64,000 nucleotides of DNA from an uncultured bacterium (GTDB lineage Bacteria > Planctomycetota > UBA8742 > UBA2392): assembly GCA_938014885.1 (NCBI GenBank), contig CALLQI010000022.1, positions 121,679 through 185,678 on the forward strand. Direction: 5' to 3'. The notes under the pieces are model-generated. The model did not search any database. It saw only the letters and a program-made list of their open reading frames with translations, and was not told the DNA's origin. A program made the translations under genes and the position numbers. Every line of letters starts with the position of its first letter. Positions within the stretch are counted from its first letter, which is position 1. Of this stretch, positions 29,355 through 38,936 are shown piece after piece.

Positions 29355-29750
29355 ATGGCTGCGCTTGATCCTGAGGACTTGGATGTTTGGAAGCTGTCTA
29401 TGAGTCTTGTGACGGCGCTCTATCGCGAGACCGCGCAATGGCCAGATTCAGAACGCTTCGGATTGATCAGTCAGATTCGGCGAGCGGCGGTATCGGTGCC
29501 CACGAACATTGCGGAAGGACACGGCAGGAGTACCACTCGTGAGTACCTGCGTTTCCTGGACATTGCAGACGGCTCGCTGGCTGAAGTGCGGACCCTGCTG
29601 CAGATCGCATGCAGCATCGAGTTCGCAACGGCAGAATCGACCGAGAAGTACCTGACAGAAGCACGCCAAGTAGGCCGCCTACTCGGCGGTCTAAAGAGGG
29701 CGCTAAGGAAGAAGCTAAGAGGCCCAGAACAGCAAGGCCCAACGCAATAG
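29355..29750 (+). CDS. four-helix-bundle protein (23S rRNA intervening-sequence protein family)
   Basis: Size and sequence MAALDPEDLDVWKLSMSLVTALYRETAQWPDSERFGLISQIRRAAVSVPTNIAEGHGRSTTREYLRFLDIADGSLAEV are typical of this family. Confidence 0.75.
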   Translation: MAALDPEDLDVWKLSMSLVTALYRETAQWPDSERFGLISQIRRAAVSVPTNIAEGHGRSTTREYLRFLDIADGSLAEVRTLLQIACSIEFATAESTEKYLTEARQVGRLLGGLKRALRKKLRGPEQQGPTQ

Positions 29751-29764
29751 GCCAAGGCAGAAGG

Positions 29765-29853
29765 CAATCAGCAGTTGGCCTCACGCAGTTGGCAGTCCGC
29801 AGTAGCCGTTCGCAGTTCACCACCGAGCACCGAGCACCAAACACCGAGCACTG
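29765..29853. repeat. right arm of the inverted repeat flanking the four-helix-bundle gene
   Basis: CGCAGTTggcctcaCGCAGTTggcagtCCGCAGTagccgttCGCAGTTcacc ACCGAGCACCGAGCACcaaaCACCGAGCACtgg equals the reverse complement of the left arm (GTGCTCGGTG and AACTGCG modules in the same order). Confidence 0.7.
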
Positions 29854-29863
29854 GAGAAAACAC

Positions 29864-31174
29864 ATGGTCGGCAAAAACACCACCCAGCTTGGCGCGCGCA
29901 GTGAGGCCTATGAGATGTTCCAGCAGGAAGGCCGCAGCCTGAACGTGTCCTATGAAAACGACCGGCTGAACGAGATTCGCCAGAATGAATCCAGCGGCAT
30001 CAGCATCCGCGCGGTCAAGTCCGGCAAGATCGGCTTTTCGTACTCGAGCAAGATGGACGAGTTCGACTTCGTAGCCGATTCCGCCATTCGCCTCGCCCCC
30101 TACGGCAAGCCTTACGACTACAAGTTTGCCGACAAGGCGGCCGCGCGCGGCGAAGCCCCCGTCAACCCCGCCTGCGGCGAGCTGTCCGTGGAACAGATTG
30201 TCGAAACCGGCAACCGCCTGCGCGACATGATCAAGCAGGCCCACCCGGAAGCGCTGGCGGAATGCAGCATCGGCGGCGGCATCGGCCGCACGCGCATCGT
30301 CACCAGCGGGGGGCAGGAATCAATCGAAGACAGCAGCAGCTTCGGTTATTACGTCGGCGTCAAAATCGCCGAGGAAGGCAATTTCCTGTTCGCCTACCGC
30401 GGCCGCAGCAGCAGCCAGCCCATCGCCGAGTCCGAGATGATGCAGAACGCCCGCGAGGCCTGCGACGAGTTTGCGGCCGCGCGCAAGACTCTGCCGTTCA
30501 AGTCAGGCAGCTACCCGGTGCTGCTGACACCTTCGGCACTCAGCGACATCCTGATGCCGATTGAGGTATCGGTGAACGGCATCAACATTGCCAAGAAGAC
30601 CAGCAGCTTCGTGGACGCGATGGGCAAGCAGCTGTTCGACAAGCGCCTCACGATCACCGACGACCCCTTCCACGCCGAAGGCCCCAGCGGCACCACCTTT
30701 GACGGCGAAGGCGTGCCCGCATCCAAGCGCGCTATCATCGACGCCGGCGTGCTGAAGGGTTTCGTGCACACACTCAGCACGGCCCAGAAAAGTGGCCACA
30801 CGCCCACGGGCAACGCGCAACGCAGCGTAAGTTCGCTGCCGATGCCGGGCTGGCACAACATGATCATGGACGCCGGCACCGACGACTTGGCCGAGATGTA
30901 TCGCCGCGCCGAAGGCGGCTTGTGCATCCGCCAGATGCTGGGCACATTCACCAGCAACTTCCTGGCGGGGCAGGTAAGCGGAAACATTTCGCTGGGGTTT
31001 GCGGTGCACGAAGGCCGCAACGCCGGCCGCGTGAAGAATTGCGCCCTGAACGTGAACGCATTTGAGCTGCTGAAAGACCGCATCCTCGCCATCAGCAGCA
31101 AGCGCGAATGGGCCGGCGGAGCCTACCTGCCCTACGTCCTTGTGGACGCAGTAAGCATCAGCGCCCGCGACTAA
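29864..31174 (+). CDS. pmbA: metalloprotease PmbA/TldE
   Basis: TldD/PmbA-family protein immediately after tldD; start placed at the ATG preceded by GGAGAAAACAC (MVGKNTTQLGARSE...). Confidence 0.8.
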   Translation: MVGKNTTQLGARSEAYEMFQQEGRSLNVSYENDRLNEIRQNESSGISIRAVKSGKIGFSYSSKMDEFDFVADSAIRLAPYGKPYDYKFADKAAARGEAPVNPACGELSVEQIVETGNRLRDMIKQAHPEALAECSIGGGIGRTRIVTSGGQESIEDSSSFGYYVGVKIAEEGNFLFAYRGRSSSQPIAESEMMQNAREACDEFAAARKTLPFKSGSYPVLLTPSALSDILMPIEVSVNGINIAKKTSSFVDAMGKQLFDKRLTITDDPFHAEGPSGTTFDGEGVPASKRAIIDAGVLKGFVHTLSTAQKSGHTPTGNAQRSVSSLPMPGWHNMIMDAGTDDLAEMYRRAEGGLCIRQMLGTFTSNFLAGQVSGNISLGFAVHEGRNAGRVKNCALNVNAFELLKDRILAISSKREWAGGAYLPYVLVDAVSISARD

Positions 31175-31340
31175 CCGCGGAAACAAACCCACACTTTACA
31201 TCGGCATACTTGCCGATGGCGTGGGCATGCGTTTCCAGGGCATGCACCGGCCGAAACTGATTTCTCAAGCCTCCGCCTTCCACTTAGAAACCTTTCCACG
31301 TTCTTGACGTGTCAATACTTTCCCCGTGGAAAGGGGGTGC

Positions 31341-32657
31341 ATGATGTTCCCTCACCGCAAGTTCAAGATTGCTGACCATGAGCTGGGCCTGAAGTTCGTT
31401 GACGGCCGCTTTGCCGACGTGCTTCCGGCCGGTGAGCACCGCGAGTTCGACCCGCTGCGCCGCGTCACGGTTGAGACCGTGAACCTGCGCGACGTCTTCT
31501 TCCGTCACCCGCAGATCGACGTGCTGGCCAAGGCATTCCGCAACCGCGGCGCGCTAGCCCACGTGTTTGACCTGGCGGACTTCCAGCGCGCGTTCGTGTT
31601 CGTGGACGGCCGCTTCGAGCGCATGCTGGGCCCGGGCACGCACATGCTGTGGGTTGCGCTGCGCAACGTCCGCGTCGAGTTCGCTGACATGCGCGAGGCC
31701 GTGTTCGCCAGCGCCGAGCTGCCGCGCGTCGTTCAGAGCGGCGGCTTTGAGGACTTTGCGACGGTGCTTGACCTGGCCGACACGCAGCGCGCGCTGGTCT
31801 GGGTCAACGGCCGCTTCCTGAAGGCGCTGAAGCCGGGCCTGTTCCTGCTGTGGAAGGGCCTGCAGGACGTGCGCGTCGAAGTGCTTGACGCCACGGGCGT
31901 GAAGCTTACGCACCGCCAGCTTCCGGCGATCGTCAACAGCCCGGGCGCGCACGGCGTCCTGCAGCTGCTGGTGGTTGAGCCGGGCCAGGTGGGCCTGTGG
32001 TTCCAGGACGGTACGTTCACCGCTGAACTGAAGCCGGACGTGCACGCCTTCTGGACCGGCGTCGGCCGCAGCACCTTCAAGCTGGCCGAGCTGCGCGAGC
32101 AGGCGATGGACGTCGCGGGCCAGGAAATCATGACCCGCGACCACGTCACCCTGCGCCTGAACGCCACGCTGGCGTTCCGTGTGGCCGACGCGTTGCGCAG
32201 CGTCAGCGCCGTGAACGACGCCAACGCGGCGCTGTACCGCGAGGCACAGCTTGCGCTGCGCGCCGTGATCGGCGGCCGCGAGCTTGATGCGCTGCTGACC
32301 GAGAAGGACGCGGTCGCGGCGGAGCTGCAGGCAATTGTCGCCGGCAAGGCTGCAGCGATGGGCCTTGAGGTGATCAGCCTTGGCATCCGCGACATCATCC
32401 TGCCGGGTGAGATGCGCGAGCTGCTGAACAAGGTCACGGAGGCCCGCAAGGCCGCCGAGGCCAGCCTGATCACCCGTCGCGAGGAGACGGCGGCAGCCCG
32501 CATGCAGGCCAACACGGCACGTATCCTTGAGGGCAACCCGGTGCTGATGAAGCTGCGCGAGCTTGAGGTGCTGGAAAAGGTCGCCGGCAAGACCAACCTG
32601 AAGGTCGTACTGGGCGAGCAGGGCGGCCTGACCGAGAAGGTGATGAAGCTGCTGTAG
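31341..32657 (+). CDS. SPFH/band-7 domain protein with four N-terminal tandem approx 38-aa repeats
   Basis: Repeats (LK)FVDGRF..L.PG.H..W....V.VE..D four times; C-terminal SPFH core LAFRVADALRSVSAVNDANAALYREAQLALRAVIGGRELDALLTEKDAVAAELQ plus GEMRELLNKVTEARKAAEA; ATGATG start after AAGGGGG. Confidence 0.75.
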   Translation: MMFPHRKFKIADHELGLKFVDGRFADVLPAGEHREFDPLRRVTVETVNLRDVFFRHPQIDVLAKAFRNRGALAHVFDLADFQRAFVFVDGRFERMLGPGTHMLWVALRNVRVEFADMREAVFASAELPRVVQSGGFEDFATVLDLADTQRALVWVNGRFLKALKPGLFLLWKGLQDVRVEVLDATGVKLTHRQLPAIVNSPGAHGVLQLLVVEPGQVGLWFQDGTFTAELKPDVHAFWTGVGRSTFKLAELREQAMDVAGQEIMTRDHVTLRLNATLAFRVADALRSVSAVNDANAALYREAQLALRAVIGGRELDALLTEKDAVAAELQAIVAGKAAAMGLEVISLGIRDIILPGEMRELLNKVTEARKAAEASLITRREETAAARMQANTARILEGNPVLMKLRELEVLEKVAGKTNLKVVLGEQGGLTEKVMKLL

Positions 32658-32699
32658 CAACTTGTCGGCTTCCAGTTGTCAGTTGTCGGCTTGCTTGAG

Positions 32700-32740
32700 C
32701 GAACCGGGAAGGCTAACGCCTTCCCGGTTTTGCCTTGGAA
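32700..32740. terminator. bidirectional terminator hairpin overlapping the AraC-family gene stop
   Basis: aaccgggaaggc-taac-gccttcccggtt followed by ttgcctt; lies between convergent genes. Confidence 0.5.
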
Positions 32741-33810
32741 GCATTGATGGCCAGATCGGCGTTGCCGGGGGATGTTCGCCACTGTGATGGCGATTTTCCG
32801 GTCAGCTTCTTGAAGGCTCGGCTGAAAGCGGCTTCAGCTTCGTAGCCTACTTCGCGGGCTATGGTTGCGATCTTGGTTGTGCCCGTTGCCAGCAGGTTTG
32901 CAGCCAACTGCATGCGCCAGCGGGCGAGGTACTGCATGGGTGGCACGCCTACAAGCTCGGCAAAGCGTTGTGCCATGACGCTGCGTGATAACCCGCTGCG
33001 GTCCGCCAGCAGCTCAATGGTCCAGGGTGCGGCGGGCTGGGCGTGCAACAGACCAAGCGCGTTGCCAACTGCCGGGTCGCGCAGGCTGGCCAGCCAGCCG
33101 GTTGTTTCTGCGGACAATGCGGCCACATGGCGGCGCACAGCTTCGATGAACAACAGTTCACTCAGCCGCGCAAGGACAGTTTCGCCGCCCGGGGTCGGCG
33201 ACGAACACTCCGCAAGTGCGGTTTGGACGAACGACCCAAGCCAGTTGCCGCCGGTTCCGGAGTCGCCGCGCAACAGCATCACCGGCGGCAGCGTTTCCAG
33301 CAGCGGGTTGAATGGCCGCGAATCGCAGCCTAGGAAGCCGCAGATCAAGTGCGCCTTGGGGTCGCCCCCTTGCCCTTGCGAGATTCGCACCGGCAGGCGC
33401 GGGTGCGCGTCACGACGGAACAGGGCCAGGTCAGCAGGGGCCCGCAGGCCGGGCTCGCTTGCCAGGCAGTGCGCGTGGCCTTGCGGAAAAATCACCAGAT
33501 CGCCCGCCGACAGTGCAAGCGGCTCCTGCCCCACCTGCCAGGCGTGGCAGCGGCCGCTGGTGAGCACGTGAAACGAAATCACGTGTTGCGAGCCGGGCAT
33601 CAGGCCCTCGGCTACTGAGGCTGAAAGGGGCGACTCCGCCACCCACGGTGCCGATGCGTGCACGTCAAAGAAGACCGCGCCGTTCAGGCGCACGGCCCGC
33701 AGAACGTCGGAGAGCACGTCCACGCGCGGGCCGGACGATTGGTCAACGGGTGCGGACGGGCGGTCATTCACGGGCCGGGTCCCCGGGGGTACCACTGAGA
33801 AGTCGCGCAT
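32713..33810 (-). CDS. AraC-family transcriptional regulator with N-terminal cupin-like sensor domain
   Basis: C-terminal double HTH (ELLADRSGLSRSVMAQRFAELVGVPPMQYLARWRMQLAANLL..IATIAREVGYEAEAAFSRAFKKLTGKSP). Confidence 0.85.
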   Translation of the reverse strand: MRDFSVVPPGTRPVNDRPSAPVDQSSGPRVDVLSDVLRAVRLNGAVFFDVHASAPWVAESPLSASVAEGLMPGSQHVISFHVLTSGRCHAWQVGQEPLALSAGDLVIFPQGHAHCLASEPGLRAPADLALFRRDAHPRLPVRISQGQGGDPKAHLICGFLGCDSRPFNPLLETLPPVMLLRGDSGTGGNWLGSFVQTALAECSSPTPGGETVLARLSELLFIEAVRRHVAALSAETTGWLASLRDPAVGNALGLLHAQPAAPWTIELLADRSGLSRSVMAQRFAELVGVPPMQYLARWRMQLAANLLATGTTKIATIAREVGYEAEAAFSRAFKKLTGKSPSQWRTSPGNADLAINASKAKPGRR

Positions 33811-33832
33811 ACTTCAACAAGGAGACCGATAC

Positions 33833-34657
33833 ATGTCCAACACCGCCACCGTAACCGAGCCAGGCCAGTACGATGCCCTGCGCGCCCGCCAGAAGGCCAC
33901 ATGGGCCTCGGGCGACTATGCCCGCATCGGCGTCACGCTGCAGATCGTCGGCGAAACCCTGTGCGAGGCCATGGACTTGAAGCCCGGCAGCCGCGTGCTC
34001 GATGTGGCCGCCGGAAACGGAAACGCCACGCTGGCGGCCGCACGCCGCTTTTGCGATGTCGTCTCTACCGACTACGTGCCCGCGTTGCTGGCAGGTGGCC
34101 AGAAGCGCGCTGAGGCTGAAGGCCACCCGGTTGCGTTCATTGAGGCGGCCGCCGAGGCACTGCCGTTTGACGACCACTCGTTCGATGCCGTGCTATCGAC
34201 GTTCGGTGTGATGTTCGCGGCCGACCATGCCACGGCCGCGCGGGAGATGCTGCGCGTGACCCGGCCCGGTGGTGTGATCGGCCTGGCGAACTGGACGCCG
34301 GGCGGGTTCATCGGCGCACTGTTCAAGGTGATCACGGGACACGTGCCCCCGCCGGCGGGCGCGGTATCGCCCTTGCGCTGGGGAACTGAGGCCGGGCTGG
34401 CCGAACTGTTCGGCGCAAAGGACGTTCGCGTGGCGTCGCGGCACTACAACTTCCGCTATCGGTCGGCCGCCCACTTTGTCGAGATGTTCCGGACGTGGTA
34501 CGGGCCCGTGCTCCGCGCCTTTGAGGCCATGCCGGCAGACAAGCGCCCTGCGCTCGAGGCTGACCTGCTGGAGCTGGTAGCGCAGTGGAATCGCTCGGGC
34601 GATGAGACGGTGGTGGTGCCCTCGGAATACGTCGAGGTACTGATCGAGCGCGCCTAA
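33833..34657 (+). CDS. class I SAM-dependent methyltransferase (Methyltransf_11-like)
   Basis: Motif I VLDVAAGNGNATLAAA, post-I DVVSTD, motif II/III region; divergent from the AraC regulator. Confidence 0.8.
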   Translation: MSNTATVTEPGQYDALRARQKATWASGDYARIGVTLQIVGETLCEAMDLKPGSRVLDVAAGNGNATLAAARRFCDVVSTDYVPALLAGGQKRAEAEGHPVAFIEAAAEALPFDDHSFDAVLSTFGVMFAADHATAAREMLRVTRPGGVIGLANWTPGGFIGALFKVITGHVPPPAGAVSPLRWGTEAGLAELFGAKDVRVASRHYNFRYRSAAHFVEMFRTWYGPVLRAFEAMPADKRPALEADLLELVAQWNRSGDETVVVPSEYVEVLIERA

Positions 34658-34669
34658 GCGATGAATGCA

Positions 34670-34705
34670 AACACCCCCGGCTTGCCGGGGGTGTTTTGTT
34701 TGTGC
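34670..34705. terminator. bidirectional rho-independent terminator
   Basis: aacacccccggc-ttg-ccgggggtgtt followed by ttgtttgtg, between convergent methyltransferase and gdhA. Confidence 0.6.
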
Positions 34706-34729
34706 GGCCGGGATGGCAACGGCCCTATG

Positions 34730-36001
34730 CTAGTTGCCGCGTTGGGCTTCGGCTTCGCCTACTCGCTTGATGGCGGCCACAAAGGCTGCAGTACGCATGC
34801 TGCACTTTTCTTTCTTGGCGAGTTCCTGCACTTCGCGCACGGCTTTGCGCATCTTGCGGTCAAGCTCAGCGTTGACCTTGTCTTCTTCCCAATAGAACTG
34901 GGTCAGGTTCTGGGTCCACTCGAAGTAGCTGACCGTCACGCCGCCCGCGTTGGCGAGAATGTCGGGGATCACTTCAATCCCGCGCTCGTGCAGCTCGTCG
35001 TCGGCTTCGGGCATGGTCGGGTGGTTGGCGGCTTCGATGATGAGCGGCGCCTTGATGCTGCTGGCGTTGGACGGCGTGATCACGTCGCCAAGCGCCGCCG
35101 GGATCAGGCAGTCCACGTTCAGGCCGAACAGGTCCTGGTTGTTCATCACCTCGGCCTTGGGGAATCCGGCCACAGTGCGTTTTTCGCGGAACCAGTCCCA
35201 TAGGGCCGGAATATCCAGCCCGTTCTTGTTGTAGACGCCACCCTTCACGTCCGTGATGGCGACAACCTTGCCCCCACGTTCGTGCCAGAACTTGGCGGTG
35301 TAGCTGCCCACGTTGCCGAAGCCCTGGATCGCGCAGGTCTTGCCCGCCAGCTTGTCGTTGCGGCGCAGGTAGTACTCGTCAGCGCAGCTCAGCACACCGA
35401 ACGCTGTGGCCGTAACACGGCCCTGGCTGCCGCCGAGCGTGACCGGCTTGCCGGTGACTACGCCGGGGCTGTAGCCACGGCGGCTGCTGTATTCGTCCAT
35501 CAACCAGGCCATCACGTTGCCGTCGGTGCCCATATCGGGTGCCGGAATGTCGCGCTGCGGGCCGAGCACAATGGCGATGCGTGCCGTGAACTTGCGGGTC
35601 AGGCGCTCAAGCTCCAGCGCGCTCATGTTCATGGGGTCGCAGGCCACGCCACCTTTGGCGCCACCGAACGGGACGTCAAGCAACGCGGTCTTCCACGTCA
35701 TCAGGCTGGCCAGCGCGCGGACTTCGTCTTTGTCTACTTCGGGGTGATAGCGGATACCGCCCTTCCAGGGGCCGCGCGCGCCATTGTGCTGGATGCGATA
35801 GCCCGTGTAGACGTGGATCTTGCCGCTGTCCATACGCACCGGCACCGAAACTGTGACTTCGCGGAACGGCGTCTTCAGTATCTCGCGCAGCGACTGGTCC
35901 ATGCCCAGCCGGTCTGCAGCTTTGTCGAACAGTGAGTTGACGGCTTCGAAGGCGTTGTAGCGCCCGGCGGTTTTGTAGCGGCCGGTGATCTGGTTGGCCA
36001 T
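34730..36001 (-). CDS. gdhA: NAD(P)-dependent glutamate dehydrogenase
   Basis: KGGIRYHP..LMTWKTALLDVPFGGAKGGV Glu/Leu/Phe/Val dehydrogenase signature; start placed at MANQITGRYK. Confidence 0.9.
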   Translation of the reverse strand: MANQITGRYKTAGRYNAFEAVNSLFDKAADRLGMDQSLREILKTPFREVTVSVPVRMDSGKIHVYTGYRIQHNGARGPWKGGIRYHPEVDKDEVRALASLMTWKTALLDVPFGGAKGGVACDPMNMSALELERLTRKFTARIAIVLGPQRDIPAPDMGTDGNVMAWLMDEYSSRRGYSPGVVTGKPVTLGGSQGRVTATAFGVLSCADEYYLRRNDKLAGKTCAIQGFGNVGSYTAKFWHERGGKVVAITDVKGGVYNKNGLDIPALWDWFREKRTVAGFPKAEVMNNQDLFGLNVDCLIPAALGDVITPSNASSIKAPLIIEAANHPTMPEADDELHERGIEVIPDILANAGGVTVSYFEWTQNLTQFYWEEDKVNAELDRKMRKAVREVQELAKKEKCSMRTAAFVAAIKRVGEAEAQRGN

Positions 36002-36128
36002 TGCTTGTCCCTGCGTGGAATCGCGGCCAAAGACCGCGAAAGTCATGTCGCCCCTGCCATGGGAAGCAACGCTTCCCACCTCGCGCGGACTATGCATTGC
36101 GCGATGCACGGTGCAAAGGGGCCGGATT

Positions 36129-36578
36129 TCAAGTGGTCTTGGCGGTGGCGGCAATCGGCCCGGCAATGGTTGAGCGGTTGCGCTGCTGCAGGTCCGCCAG
36201 TGTGTAGCGCGAAAGCAGCTTGCCTACCTGTTCTTCCACTTCGCCGAACACGTCGCGCATCATGCAGTCGGCATAGAGCGTACAGTCACTCTCGGTGGCA
36301 AAGCACTCAAACACGCGGGTCGGGCCGTCAATCTCAACCAGCACCTCATGAAGCGTGAGTTCCGACGGATCCACCGCCAGCACAAAGCCGCCCGACGGGC
36401 CCTTGAGGCTGCGCACGACACCCTTGCGCGCCAACTGCTGCAGAATCTTGCTCAGGAACGCCTTGGGGATCAGCAGCTTCTCGGCCACTTCATTCAAGGT
36501 CACGGGGCCGCGCGTGCGGCGTTCAGCCAGATAGATGAGAGCGCGCAGACCGTAGTCACTTTTGCGGCTGAAGATCAC
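36129..36578 (-). CDS. Rrf2-family transcriptional regulator (IscR/NsrR-like)
   Basis: VIFSRKSDYGLRALIYLAERRTRGPVTLNEVAEKLLIPKAFLSKILQQLARKGVVRSLKGPSGGFVLA winged-helix signature; Cys residues C..C....C present; GTG start after AAGGA. Confidence 0.8.
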   Translation of the reverse strand: MIFSRKSDYGLRALIYLAERRTRGPVTLNEVAEKLLIPKAFLSKILQQLARKGVVRSLKGPSGGFVLAVDPSELTLHEVLVEIDGPTRVFECFATESDCTLYADCMMRDVFGEVEEQVGKLLSRYTLADLQQRNRSTIAGPIAATAKTT

Positions 36579-36776
36579 AAGGCATCCTTGCCCACGGGGG
36601 GCGTAGCACCTCAATGGATACTGGACCAATACTACATTGCAGCGGACCCAAAATGTCAACCAAAGCAATGGCCGGGACTACGGCGCAGGCCCCAGTGGTT
36701 AGGGGGTAAGTGCCCGCTTAGATAACGAACCGGGGGCACCGGCTGTTCCAGCCCCGCGACATAACCGGAGTTACCG

Positions 36777-37250
36777 ATGAAAACACATACCGAGTACCTG
36801 TACTTCAACACCAAACGCAAGCGCGAGTACATCCGCATCACTGACAAAGTCGAAGAGATCGTACAGCAGTCGGGCGTGCGCGACGGCATGGTACTGGTTT
36901 CCGCCATGCACATCACGGCCGGGGTCTGGGTCAATGACGCCGAGAACGGCCTGCTTGACGACATCGACCACTGGCTCGAAAGCCTGACGCCATACGGCAG
37001 CTACCCGGAAATCAAGTGGCCGGAGAAGGGCCAGGAAGGCCCGGTCAACGCCGTGCGCCACGAGTACAAGCACCACATGACCGGCGAAGACAACGGCGAC
37101 AGCCACCTGAAAAGCATACTGGTACACCACCAGGTGATTCTGCCGATCACCGAGGGCAGGCTTGATCTGGGCACCTGGCAGCAGGTGTACTACGCCGAGT
37201 TTGACGGCCAGCGCCGCAAGCGCGTGATCGTGAAAGTGATGGGTGCGTGA
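36777..37250 (+). CDS. YjbQ/UPF0047 family protein (secondary thiamine-phosphate synthase-like)
   Basis: Conserved pattern ITD...[25 protein letters not shown]....L....P....Y.H....[12 protein letters not shown]....V.LPI..G.L.LGTWQ.VY..EFDG. Confidence 0.75.
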   Translation: MKTHTEYLYFNTKRKREYIRITDKVEEIVQQSGVRDGMVLVSAMHITAGVWVNDAENGLLDDIDHWLESLTPYGSYPEIKWPEKGQEGPVNAVRHEYKHHMTGEDNGDSHLKSILVHHQVILPITEGRLDLGTWQQVYYAEFDGQRRKRVIVKVMGA

Positions 37251-37450
37251 TGGGTTTCTTTGTCTGGTGGTACGAGCGACCGTGGTGGCTTCGCTGGGGC
37301 ATCGCCTTGCTGCCGATCGTGGCCGGGCTCATCCGGCTTGCAACTGGCGTGATCTGGCTTTGGGCCTTCGCAATCGGGATTACGCTGGTCTTGATCAACC
37401 TGTACGACCTGGTGCGCAAGAAGAAGCCTGAAGACACGCTGCCCTGGTAG
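37247..37450 (+). CDS. small membrane protein (67 aa, two TM helices)
   Basis: ATGA overlap with the upstream gene stop; Trp-rich hydrophobic sequence. No family recognised. Confidence 0.35.
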   Translation: MMGFFVWWYERPWWLRWGIALLPIVAGLIRLATGVIWLWAFAIGITLVLINLYDLVRKKKPEDTLPW

Positions 37451-37469
37451 ATGCCCCGGCACATGCCTT

Positions 37470-38318
37470 TCAACGCAGCTTCCAGGGAATCGGGTTCATG
37501 ATCTCGCGGACTTCGCCCACGGTCTGCGCGTGGCATGCAGCGCAGATACCGGTCATGCGCACGTAGGCGTCTTTCATGCTGCCGTTGGCGTCTTCACGCT
37601 TTTCGGCCTGGGCGTAGCGGATCATGGTTTCGGCCTCAGTGACCAGGCCCTTCCACCAGATGCTGTTCTTGCGCGCCACTTCGATCATCTTGGGCGTTTC
37701 GGACTTGATGGTCGGCAGGTCCCAGGTCGTGATGGCTGTGCGCACGGACTGGTAGTTGACCCACAGCTCTTGCATCACCCGGCGGAACGGCAGGTCTGGC
37801 GGCGGCGTACCCGTGAGTTCGTCTTCCTCCATGGGCGTGGGCATGCCCTTGAGCCAAGCACCTACGACGCCTTTGGTGACGTGCAGGTACGCGGGGGACC
37901 ACACCGCCATGTGGCAGCTGTCGCAGCCGGCACCCGCGGTGCGCAGCTCATAGGCTGCACCGATGCGGTCGTCTTCCTCGGCGCAGACCAGCACTTCTTC
38001 CAGGTGCGTGTGGATCTGCTCCCAGTAGCGGTGCATGTCGCTGGCGCGGCGGCGGATGTCTTCGGCTGCGGCCCAGACCTCGTCATAGGTCGGCCGCGCA
38101 TCGCCCTGGGTGGCGCTCCAGATGCGGTTGGCATCGATCCACATATGGCGCATCAGCGTCTTGAGCTGGTTGCGGTCCAGCCATTCGCGGTTGGCCTGTT
38201 CGTCGTGTTCGTTGCGGACGGGCTTGGCCGGGGCATTGCCGTCGTCCGGCCGGGCCACGCACGATGCAATCACCGCGCAACTCAGCGCCAGGGTGGCAAA
38301 CAGGATGCAGATACGCAT
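37470..38318 (-). CDS. putative lipoprotein di-haem c-type cytochrome
   Basis: Signal peptide plus lipobox-like LSCAVIASC; two CxxCH motifs (GCDSCH, CAACH). Confidence 0.55.
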   Translation of the reverse strand: MRICILFATLALSCAVIASCVARPDDGNAPAKPVRNEHDEQANREWLDRNQLKTLMRHMWIDANRIWSATQGDARPTYDEVWAAAEDIRRRASDMHRYWEQIHTHLEEVLVCAEEDDRIGAAYELRTAGAGCDSCHMAVWSPAYLHVTKGVVGAWLKGMPTPMEEDELTGTPPPDLPFRRVMQELWVNYQSVRTAITTWDLPTIKSETPKMIEVARKNSIWWKGLVTEAETMIRYAQAEKREDANGSMKDAYVRMTGICAACHAQTVGEVREIMNPIPWKLR

Positions 38319-38405
38319 GTTGTGTCCCGTACTGAGCAGCGTTCCTTCGCACCTAAAACAACACAGGGCGGCGTTTGGCGCCGCCCTGCGCGAACTTCGT
38401 CGTGC

Positions 38406-38936
38406 TTAGTTCTGTGTACGGGCCTTGGCAAGAGCCGCGTCGATGTCAGCCGCCAGCGACGTGCCGGCGTAACGCTTCGACAGCACCTCAAGCTTTTTGG
38501 CGTCCGTGCCGGCAGCCTCAAACTCTTTGCGGCCGGCATCCAGCACCGTCGTCGCCAACTTGGCGGCGGCCTCAGACTCTTCGTAGCCCACCAGCTTCAG
38601 TGCAAAGCCTGCACGCAGCGCGGTCATCGCCGCGTCGCGGTCGCCTTTGTCCAAGGCGGCCTGCGCCTCGTTGGTGAACTTCTTGAGCTGCTTGCGCTGG
38701 GCGCGGATGTGCGAGCTGACCTTCTTGGTGTGCTCGGCCAGTTCGCAGCTTTCCGTGCGCAGATATTCGTTGCCGAACTTGTCGGTCACGATGAAGGTGT
38801 CAGCCTTCTCGACTCCGTAGGCCGACCACAGGTCCGCGGCCGCCAGGCGGTTCGCTGGCACAAAGCTGTCAGCAAAGGGCGTGGCCTTTTCGGGCTTGGG
38901 CAGCCGGACGCACGAAACCAGCTCTGCCTTGGCCAT
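38406..38936 (-). CDS. hypothetical protein; ATG-to-stop segment of a possibly disrupted secreted-protein gene
   Basis: Open frame continues upstream without a start codon to three TGA codons and a perfect signal-peptide ORF (see findings). Confidence 0.45.
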   Translation of the reverse strand: MAKAELVSCVRLPKPEKATPFADSFVPANRLAAADLWSAYGVEKADTFIVTDKFGNEYLRTESCELAEHTKKVSSHIRAQRKQLKKFTNEAQAALDKGDRDAAMTALRAGFALKLVGYEESEAAAKLATTVLDAGRKEFEAAGTDAKKLEVLSKRYAGTSLAADIDAALAKARTQN

